Part shown: positions 61,135 to 64,000 of the stretch, piece after piece
Layout of the letters: each line of letters starts with the position of its first letter
Position numbering within the stretch: position 1 is the stretch's first letter
Assembly (NCBI RefSeq): GCF_006345805.1
Contig: NC_043001.1
Coordinates: 29,512,001 to 29,576,000, forward strand
Direction of reading: 5' to 3'
Length of the DNA: 64,000 bases
DNA from: Octopus sinensis
Lineage: Eukaryota
Program-made: the position numbers and the translations under genes
The notes under the pieces: model-generated
The model's database searches: none
Seen by the model: the letters and a program-made list of their open reading frames with translations, nothing else
What the model was told of the DNA's origin: nothing

Positions 61135-62803
61135 GCGACAGGCTTCTTTCAGTTTCCATCTACCAAATCCACTCACAAGGCTTTGGTCGGCCCGAAGCTA
61201 TAGTAGAAGACACTTGCCCAAGGTGCCACACAGTGGGACTGAACCCGGAACCATGTGGTTGGTAAGCAAGCTCTGGTTTGTAAATATTTCTTTGCTTTGT
61301 TCATTTCATAGTCATTCTAACATTCTAAACAATGAATCTGTCATCCTAACATTCTAAACAATGAATCTGTCATTCTAACATTCTAAGCAATGAATCTGAC
61401 ATTCTAACATTCTTAGCAATGAATCTGTCATTCTAACATTCTAAGCAATGAATCTGACATTCTAACATTCTAAACAATGAATCTGTCATTCTAACATTCT
61501 AAACAATGAATCTGACATTCTAACATTCTAAACAATGAATCTGACATTCTAACATTCTAAACAATGAATCTGTCATTCTAACATTCTAAGCAATGAATCT
61601 GACATTCTAACATTCTAAACAATGAATCTGTCATTCTAACATTCTAAGCAATGAATCTGTCATTTTAAATGGGCATATAATTATTTATATATTTAACCCT
61701 TTAGCATTCTGATTATTCTGTCAAATGTAATGCTTATATATTCATATTGTTTTGAATTAATCAAGCTTGTAGCTTTAAGATTTCTATGATGTTGATTCTA
61801 TAGTTTTAGAATTATATTCTGTGATAGGTGTCAGAGGCCAGATCTGGCGAGTTTGAGCATAAAACAGGTGGAATATTTGAGCCAGATATGGTCAGTTTAA
61901 ATGCTAAAGGGTTAAAAGATAGAAATTAATAGAAATAACCTGAGATGCTTAAAGACATAAGAAAAAAGAGAGGGAGAAATAGTAGAGGAAAATAGAGAAA
62001 GAAAGTGTAATTAACACTAGAGACTTTCCTCTACCTAGATAAGTAATTTTCAAATGCTTAAATTCAATAAGCATGCCTATAAATAATTGAGTCTGCCTTT
62101 ACATATTTACGTGTTGCAAAATATCCACTGGCCTATGGCAACAATCCTGTCTAACAAACTGTGCTTGAAAACATTTTGTCTAGATATATTATTTTCCAAT
62201 GGATTCCATAGAAAATCAGTATTTCTTTTTCATCTTCTTCTTCTTCTTCCTATGCCTCATCATCATCAACGAAGAAGATGAAGAAGACGAAGAAGAAGAC
62301 GAAGAAGACGAAAAAGAAGAAGAAGGAGGAGGAGGAGGAGGAGGAGAAGAAGAAGAAGGAGGAGGAGGAGGGGTAAGAGAAGGAGGAGAAGAAGAAGAAG
62401 AAGGAGAAGGAGGAGGAGGAGGAGAAGAAGAAGAAGAAGAAGACAAAGAAGAAGAAGAAGAAGAAGAAGAAGAAGAAGAAGAAGAAGAAGAAGAAGAAGA
62501 CGACAACTCAACACATGAAGCAGCAGTTTAATAATTTATCAAACTCGACAATTTAATTTCAACAATCAAATGTTTAGATTATTCTAATGATAACAATAAC
62601 GACTTGTTGATTATAGCATTCTATCATAAATATTGAGACTGAGATTAAATAATTAAATAAGAACTATTTACCTTGAATGTGTCTTCAACTGACGATGAAA
62701 GAGAATTCTTTATTGATACATCTCCTGTAGTGGGGGATATTGTAAAATACACAGCAGCTAATCCATCACCAGTAATTGCATAGGTGATTGTTCGAAAAGG
62801 TAA
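4088..62803 (-). CDS. Giant multi-exon cadherin-superfamily gene (Fat/Dachsous/CDH23-like ectodomain repeats), internal fragment: 29 exons, 1491 codons
   Basis: 29 stop-free exons with pyrimidine-rich AG acceptors and GT donors splice in frame into about 103-aa repeats with cadherin signatures (P-x-F, Y-x-V/I-x-I-x-E, A-T-D-x-D, I-x-Y-x-I, YF-x-I-x-x-x-TG-x-I, L-x-V-x-A-x-D-x-G-x-P). Orthology cannot be assigned from this fragment. Confidence 0.93.
4390..4885 (+). mobile_element. RTE-type LINE 3' end
   Basis: Repeated ggcacgtaaaaagcacc units, terminal aggaagggcatccagctgtagaaac...ggacgttaa then (GAT)n; same end as RT-bearing copy 29300-31222. Confidence 0.85.
5105..5810 (-). mobile_element. 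RTE-type LINE 3' end
   Basis: (CAT)n followed by ttaacgtccgctttccatgctagc; reverse complement of family tail. Confidence 0.85.
5991..6182 (-). CDS. Cadherin exon 28, long type, 64 aa (alternative in-frame donor would end it at 6027)
   Basis: ttcaag|[64 protein letters not shown]|gtgagc; donor choice uncertain. Confidence 0.82.
6840..7258 (+). mobile_element. RTE-type LINE 3' end
   Basis: Family 3'-UTR repeats and (GAT)n tail. Confidence 0.85.
7672..8165. mobile_element. Two divergently oriented RTE 3' ends (7672-7860 minus; 7915-8165 plus)
   Basis: (CAT)n tail at left, (GAT)n tail at right, microsatellite spacer. Confidence 0.8.
8225..8710 (+). mobile_element. SINE family A, decayed, with expanded cryptic TG/CA repeat
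   Basis: Tail ggcagtgccccaacatggccgc and body gtgttggtttgtttacatccc match family A. Confidence 0.65.
8737..8865 (-). CDS. Cadherin exon 27, short type, 43 aa
   Basis: acgcag|[43 protein letters not shown]|gtaagt. Confidence 0.92.
9410..9575 (-). mobile_element. LINE ORF2 C-terminal remnant (CR1/Jockey/L2 group)
   Basis: [38 protein letters not shown] resembles the SFFP-T-LWNSLP...FK motif. Confidence 0.65.
10317..10499 (-). CDS. Cadherin exon 26, long type, 61 aa
   Basis: tttcag|[61 protein letters not shown]|gtaatg. Confidence 0.93.
10700..10955. mobile_element. hAT (Charlie-type) MITE
   Basis: cagtggtttatcaacc ... ggctgagaactcctg termini; 8-bp flanks atgaagag/atatagag (6/8 match). Confidence 0.65.
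10990..11140 (+). mobile_element. RTE ORF C-terminal remnant
   Basis: [25 protein letters not shown] resembles the end of the RTE ORF near 30600. Confidence 0.6.
11688..11813 (-). CDS. Cadherin exon 25, short type, 42 aa
   Basis: ttgcag|[42 protein letters not shown]|gtaaga. Confidence 0.9.
12488..12650 (-). mobile_element. CORE-like SINE fragment (family C)
   Basis: Reverse strand tggcctagtggttagggtg...caattcctggacc and ctaaacacttcatttcac body; duplicated at about 17200-17362. Confidence 0.7.
12683..12865 (-). CDS. Cadherin exon 24, long type, 61 aa
   Basis: tttcag|[61 protein letters not shown]|gtaatt. Confidence 0.93.
13585..13810 (+). mobile_element. REL-endonuclease-type non-LTR element 3' remnant (CRE/HERO/NeSL-like)
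   Basis: [55 protein letters not shown]; second copy 49790-50150 minus. Confidence 0.6.
14128..14585 (+). mobile_element. SINE family A
   Basis: Head, (TA)n/(TG)n core and tail present. Confidence 0.75.
14674..14805 (-). CDS. Cadherin exon 23, short type, 44 aa
   Basis: tttcag|[44 protein letters not shown]|gtaagt. Confidence 0.92.
14985..15270 (-). mobile_element. RTE LINE C-terminal remnant (second family)
   Basis: [23 protein letters not shown]...[14 protein letters not shown] matches RTE W-x-P-x-G-R-x-x-GRPK-x-TW terminus. Confidence 0.65.
15270..15605 (+). mobile_element. CR1/L2-like LINE 3' end with (ATT)n tail
   Basis: FF...[10 protein letters not shown] motif; related copies about 39410-39670 and 47350-47625. 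Confidence 0.6.
15612..15790 (+). mobile_element. RTE 3' tail fragment within (TAT)n microsatellite
   Basis: ttggcattaggaagtgcgtccagctgtagg...cgaacattaa. Confidence 0.75.
16150..16470 (-). mobile_element. SINE family D (tRNA head; same family as 57330-57642)
   Basis: Reverse strand tggcctagtggttagagcag...gggttcgaatctcag; tail cttaagagccaggcatggctcgagaag. Confidence 0.8.
16530..17065 (+). mobile_element. SINE family A with long (TA)/(TATG) array
   Basis: Head, body and tail match family. Confidence 0.8.
17395..17499 (-). pseudogene. Diverged intronic copy of the 3' part of exon 24
   Basis: [35 protein letters not shown] vs exon 24 [35 protein letters not shown]; 88/105 nt identical, no indels; adjoining intron and SINE fragment also duplicated (about 17200-17394 vs 12488-12682). 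Confidence 0.85.
17654..17836 (-). CDS. Cadherin exon 22, long type, 61 aa
   Basis: ttacag|[61 protein letters not shown]|gtaagt. Confidence 0.93.
18115..18340 (+). mobile_element. SINE family B (ggcgagctggcagaa head, gagttcaaatt B-box, TAT-rich flanks)
   Basis: Further copies about 18895-19115, 22155-22360 (plus); 24690-24840, 25860-26070, 28580-28800, 42165-42310, 53670-54050, 57170-57690, 59400-59960 (minus); 60285-60350 (plus). Confidence 0.8.
19337..19388. repeat. 17-bp tandem repeat x3
   Basis: cacaaattttatgatt(g/a) repeated three times. Confidence 0.85.
19714..19836 (-). CDS. Cadherin exon 21, short type, 41 aa
   Basis: tttcag|[41 protein letters not shown]|gtaagc. Confidence 0.92.
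20165..20520 (-). mobile_element. CORE-like SINE (family C) with a distinct tail
   Basis: Reverse strand tgctcagtggttagagtg head; gttcttgagcaagacactttatttcacactgctccagttcactcagctg body. Confidence 0.7.
20620..21025 (+). mobile_element. SINE family A, well preserved
   Basis: gtggctgtgtggtaag...ggttccgggttcagtccc head, (TA)(TG) core, tail. Confidence 0.85.
21321..21497 (-). CDS. Cadherin exon 20, long type, 59 aa
   Basis: gtacag|[59 protein letters not shown]|gtaaga. Confidence 0.9.
22424..22813 (+). mobile_element. Full-length young tRNA-derived SINE (family D head, alternative tail)
   Basis: A-box tggcccagtgg, B-box ggtttcgattccc, 9-bp TSD ttttcctga on both sides. Confidence 0.9.
23793..24450 (+). 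mobile_element. RTE LINE 3' portion
   Basis: [36 protein letters not shown] then 3' UTR and (GAT)n. Confidence 0.85.
24475..24594 (-). CDS. Cadherin exon 19, short type, 40 aa
   Basis: tttcag|[40 protein letters not shown]|gtgagt. Confidence 0.9.
24962..25822. mobile_element. Non-autonomous mariner derivative with two inverted 5' ends
   Basis: TA flanks; tgaggtctgatcaataagtatc / tgtgggctgttcaataagtatc; transposase N-terminus on both strands ([11 protein letters not shown]; [17 protein letters not shown]). Confidence 0.85.
27258..27437 (-). CDS. Cadherin exon 18, long type, 60 aa
   Basis: tttcag|[60 protein letters not shown]|gtacga. Confidence 0.91.
27505..28110 (-). mobile_element. SINE family A interrupted by a 223-bp duplicated segment (27682-27904)
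   Basis: Tail at 27505-27681; body and head resume at 27905-28110. Confidence 0.7.
28264..28483. mobile_element. piggyBac-type MITE (TTAA target)
   Basis: ttaa|ccttttc ... aaaagg|ttaa, 220 bp. Confidence 0.7.
29300..31222 (+). mobile_element. 5'-truncated degenerate RTE-clade LINE (RT domain, C-terminus, 3' UTR)
   Basis: [68 protein letters not shown]; many stops/frameshifts; (GAT)n tail. Confidence 0.92.
31298..31423 (-). CDS. Cadherin exon 17, short type, 42 aa
   Basis: ttgcag|[42 protein letters not shown]|gtaagt. Confidence 0.9.
31755..32162 (+). mobile_element. Young RTE 3' end with four tandem 62-bp UTR units
   Basis: tccgagcgtggycgtctgcyagcctYgtctggcacctgtgtcggtggcacataaaaacacc repeats; near-identical copy 37945-38275. 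Confidence 0.85.
32205..32306. repeat. Short fold-back (about 33-bp arms), MITE-like
   Basis: tgttaaataaaatgagacagcaaagccaaggct ... agtcttggctttgttttctcattttatttaaca. Confidence 0.7.
32493..32622. mobile_element. Candidate 130-bp solo LTR
   Basis: TGTT...AACA termini and tatac on both flanks, inside a TA/CA microsatellite. Confidence 0.4.
32841..33023 (-). CDS. Cadherin exon 16, long type, 61 aa
   Basis: cttcag|[61 protein letters not shown]|gtaagt. Confidence 0.92.
33575..33925 (-). mobile_element. hAT transposon remnant (C-terminal dimerisation domain plus one end)
   Basis: [33 protein letters not shown]; end cagggttggattaagacc...ggccctaagc. Confidence 0.65.
34403..34651. repeat. Inverted repeat, about 95-bp arms, about 55-bp spacer
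   Basis: 34403-34498 is an imperfect reverse complement of 34553-34651. Confidence 0.75.
35156..35374. repeat. Fold-back palindrome, about 98-bp arms, about 22-bp loop
   Basis: ttggttttctgaaagcatgcttactcaggataaatttctatgaaa... / ...tttcatagaaatttatcctgagtaaggatgctttcagaaaaccaa. Confidence 0.88.
35574..35956 (-). mobile_element. Non-autonomous Helitron-type element
   Basis: Minus strand A|TC...cccgagcaacgccggg hairpin...CTAG|T. Confidence 0.78.
36150..36263 (-). CDS. Cadherin exon 15, short type, 38 aa
   Basis: acttag|[38 protein letters not shown]|gtgagt. Confidence 0.87.
36851..37033 (-). CDS. Cadherin exon 14, long type, 61 aa
   Basis: taccag|[61 protein letters not shown]|gtaagt. Confidence 0.92.
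37711..37836 (-). CDS. Cadherin exon 13, short type, 42 aa
   Basis: ccacag|[42 protein letters not shown]|gtaagt. Confidence 0.9.
37945..38275 (+). mobile_element. Young RTE 3' end with tandem 62-bp units
   Basis: Nearly identical to 31755-32162. Confidence 0.85.
38845..39095 (+). mobile_element. CORE-like SINE (family C)
   Basis: tggcttagtggtcagggtg, gtttcgattcc, gttcttgagcaaaacactccatttcacgttgctccagtccactcagct. Confidence 0.75.
39870..40058 (-). CDS. Cadherin exon 12, long type, 63 aa
   Basis: attcag|[63 protein letters not shown]|gtgagt. Confidence 0.93.
41415..41549 (-). CDS. Cadherin exon 11, short type, 45 aa
   Basis: ttacag|[45 protein letters not shown]|gtaaga. Confidence 0.9.
42846..43019 (-). 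CDS. Cadherin exon 10, long type, 58 aa
   Basis: tttcag|[58 protein letters not shown]|gtaagt. Confidence 0.92.
43200..44100 (+). mobile_element. Degenerate Penelope-like reverse transcriptase
   Basis: PVCS...WLD...SYIQDTFDF...LVTISVSSL...LLNFVL...[21 protein letters not shown]...FIDK...SNIEFWD follows the Penelope RT motif order. Confidence 0.75.
45288..45416 (-). CDS. Cadherin exon 9, short type, 43 aa
   Basis: ttttag|[43 protein letters not shown]|gtaaga. Confidence 0.9.
46060..46242 (-). mobile_element. SINE family A head/body fragment after (CA)n(TA)n
   Basis: agaaggcacttgccc...aagcaagcttcttaaccacac. Confidence 0.7.
46465..46915 (+). mobile_element. RTE 3' end
   Basis: UTR repeats and (GAT)n tail. 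Confidence 0.85.
48298..48474 (-). CDS. Cadherin exon 8, long type, 59 aa
   Basis: tttcag|[59 protein letters not shown]|gtaagt. Confidence 0.92.
48705..49290. mobile_element. SINE cluster: family C (48705-48950 plus), family D head (48960-49032 plus), family D (49033-49290 minus)
   Basis: Three tRNA-like heads; last two are inverted relative to each other. Confidence 0.8.
49365..49493 (-). CDS. Cadherin exon 7, short type, 43 aa
   Basis: acacag|[43 protein letters not shown]|gtaagt. Confidence 0.92.
49524..49691. repeat. About 85-bp tandem duplication
   Basis: aactgattMacttttaacatatat...gtgtgtctgtgtgtaaaatt...aattttattca twice. Confidence 0.8.
49790..50150 (-). mobile_element. REL-type non-LTR 3' remnant, same family as 13585-13810
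   Basis: [38 protein letters not shown]; shared end ttgaaccttgtggt.tgcaaccaa.tgaag. Confidence 0.6.
50182..50998. repeat. About 820-bp purine-rich GAA/GAG low-complexity tract
   Basis: Almost only A/G on plus strand; internal about 220-bp duplication and 30-bp units. Confidence 0.95.
51219..52423 (-). mobile_element. Deleted/rearranged mariner with nested SINE A (about 51272-51695)
   Basis: ta|tgaggttgtatcaaaaagtt and aactttttgatactacctca|ta TIRs; [29 protein letters not shown] on minus; [13 protein letters not shown] on plus. Confidence 0.82.
52500..52890 (+). mobile_element. RTE 3' end
   Basis: UTR repeats and (GAT)n tail. Confidence 0.85.
52912..53097 (-). CDS. Cadherin exon 6, long type, 62 aa
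   Basis: tttcag|[62 protein letters not shown]|gtaaga. Confidence 0.93.
54395..54830 (+). mobile_element. SINE family A
   Basis: Head, (TG)n core, tail. Confidence 0.75.
55502..55648 (-). CDS. Cadherin exon 5, short type, 49 aa
   Basis: tttcag|[49 protein letters not shown]|gttagt. Confidence 0.88.
56045..57010 (+). mobile_element. Two RTE 3' ends (56045-56360; 56620-57010)
   Basis: Each has UTR repeats and a GAT tail. Confidence 0.85.
57330..57642 (+). mobile_element. Full-length SINE family D nested in a family B copy
   Basis: A-box tggcctagtgg, B-box ggttcgaatttcc; TSD actaatcat at 57320-57328 and 57643-57651. Confidence 0.88.
57899..58078 (-). CDS. Cadherin exon 4, long type, 60 aa
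   Basis: atgcag|[60 protein letters not shown]|gtaagt. Confidence 0.92.
58661..58789 (-). CDS. Cadherin exon 3, short type, 43 aa
   Basis: taacag|[43 protein letters not shown]|gtaagt. Confidence 0.87.
60643..60816 (-). CDS. Cadherin exon 2, long type, 58 aa
   Basis: ttttag|[58 protein letters not shown]|gtaagt. Confidence 0.9.
60886..61275 (-). mobile_element. SINE family A
   Basis: Well preserved body and tail. Confidence 0.85.
61311..61663. repeat. 29-bp minisatellite, about 12 copies
   Basis: g(t/a)cattctaacattctaa(a/g)caatgaatct. Confidence 0.95.
61697..61911. mobile_element. piggyBac-type MITE (TTAA target)
   Basis: ttaa|ccctttagcatt ... aatgctaaaggg|ttaa. Confidence 0.85.
62270..62502. 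repeat. GAA/GGA microsatellite tract
   Basis: (GAA)n, (GGA)n, (GAC). Confidence 0.95.
62672..62803 (-). CDS. Cadherin exon 1 (in-window numbering), short type, 44 aa
   Basis: ttcaag|[44 protein letters not shown]|gtaaat. Confidence 0.9.
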
Positions 62804-62967
62804 CTTGAAAAAAAGAAAAACAATTGTATAAATAGAATTGTATGTTTACAAATGAAAGTAAAGAGCAATCAAAATGAGGTACAAAGTCTATATTTATTGA
62901 AAATCAGTTGATGATTCCCTACAGTGCTAACAGAGTTTTATGTATGTTATATGTGTGAGACTGTCTT

Positions 62968-63449
62968 TCCACACATCACCCTGAGATGTACTTGGACACA
63001 CCATTAGTGATGTTTTGGATCTTTCAACATCAGACACCTCCACCAAAGTGACTCAGAACTGTCACTAGCTATCCTTAAATCCTTAGAAATGTTTTAGTAT
63101 TGAAGTGCCTTCAGGTCCTGTGTATGCAGGCTGAGGTGCATTTGTAAGCTAATAGTGCAGTGCTTGAAATTTTCCAGCATTAAACTGCATATTGCTTTGT
63201 TCAGCCCACATGTATATTGCTCTTAGATCCCACTAAAAGCTTGTAATATTGTCAGGGTTCTTTATGGGCTGTGATAATTTCATCATCAGTGGTGCCCCAG
63301 CATGGCCGTGGCCTTTGGGCTAAAACATTTCTAAGGATTTAAGGATAGCTAATGACAGTTCTGAGTCACTTTGGTGGAGGTGTCTGATGTTGAAAGATCC
63401 AAAACATCACTAATGGTGTGTCCAAGTACATCTCAGGGTGATGTGTGGA
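62968..63449. repeat. Near-perfect 130-bp inverted repeat, 222-bp spacer
   Basis: 62968-63097 vs 63320-63449: one mismatch. Confidence 0.93.
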
Positions 63450-63585
63450 TACATACATAGGACAGACTTCTAGGAGAAGACACTTGCCCAAGGTGCCACA
63501 CAGTGGGACTGAACATTGAACCATGTGATTGGGAACCAAGCTTCTTAGCACACAGCCATGCCCGCACCTATATATATATATATAT

Positions 63586-64000
63586 GGCCGTTTGCCAGCT
63601 CTGTCTGGCAACCGTGTCGGTGGCACGTAAAAGCACCATCCGTTCGCGTCCGTTGCCAGCCTCAGCTGGCCCCCGTGCCGGTGACACGTAAAAGCACCAT
63701 CCGTTCGTGGCCGTTTGCCAGCTCTGTCTGGCCCCGTGTCAGTGGCACGTAAAAGCACCATCCGTCCGTGTCCGTTGCCAGCCTCGGCTGGCCCCCGTGC
63801 CGGTGACACGTAAAAGCACCGTCCGCTCGTGGCCGTTTGCCAGCTCTGTCTGGCAACCGTGTCAGTGGCATGTAAAAGCACCATCCGTTCGCGTCCGTTG
63901 CCAGCCTTGGCTGGCCCCCGTGCCGGTGACACGTAAAAGCACCGTCCGTTCGTGGCCGGTTGCCAGCTCTGTCTGGCCCCGTGTCGGTGGCACGTAAAAG
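63586..64000 (+). repeat. Tandem array of RTE 3'-UTR units, 122-123-bp dimer period, runs off window
   Basis: ggccgtttgccagctctgtctgg recurs at 63586, 63709, 63831, 63954. Confidence 0.9.

Noticed and set aside
61311-61663. CRISPR-like regular 29-bp repeats
   Set aside because: Units are directly adjacent with no unique spacers, no cas genes, eukaryotic intron context.
4088-62803. Calling the gene a clustered protocadherin, or naming it Fat/Dachsous/CDH23
   Set aside because: Exon-per-half-domain structure and more than 14 repeats exclude clustered Pcdh; diagnostic EGF/LamG, TM and cytoplasmic parts are outside the window.
63586-64000. Repeat/spacer-like pattern and 188-aa ORF 63366-63932
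   Set aside because: Apparent spacers are themselves repeated; it is a tandem array of the RTE 3'-UTR unit.

Overview
AT-rich, repeat-dense eukaryotic genomic DNA, most likely an octopus (coleoid cephalopod); this is inferred from the SINE/RTE repeat families, not proven. The only host gene I can support is an internal stretch of one very large cadherin-superfamily gene on the minus strand. I mapped 29 consecutive GT-AG exons by hand (62803 down to 4088; 1491 codons, about 14.5 cadherin repeats); start, stop, TM and cytoplasmic regions lie outside the window. Every exon is phase 0-0, each repeat is split over two exons, the last 20 exons form five copies of a four-exon/two-domain unit, and no canonical DxNDN calcium linker is present. 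The introns hold tRNA-derived SINEs, RTE/CR1/Penelope/REL-type retroelement remnants, two mariner derivatives, hAT, piggyBac-type and TA-target MITEs, a Helitron-type element, micro/minisatellites and several fold-back repeats. Notable oddities: a diverged partial copy of exon 24 in another intron, a mariner with two 5' ends, decayed hammerhead-like motifs, and a 130-bp near-perfect inverted repeat. Nearly all other listed ORFs are microsatellite or repeat artefacts. Repeat boundaries are approximate unless a TSD/TIR is quoted.
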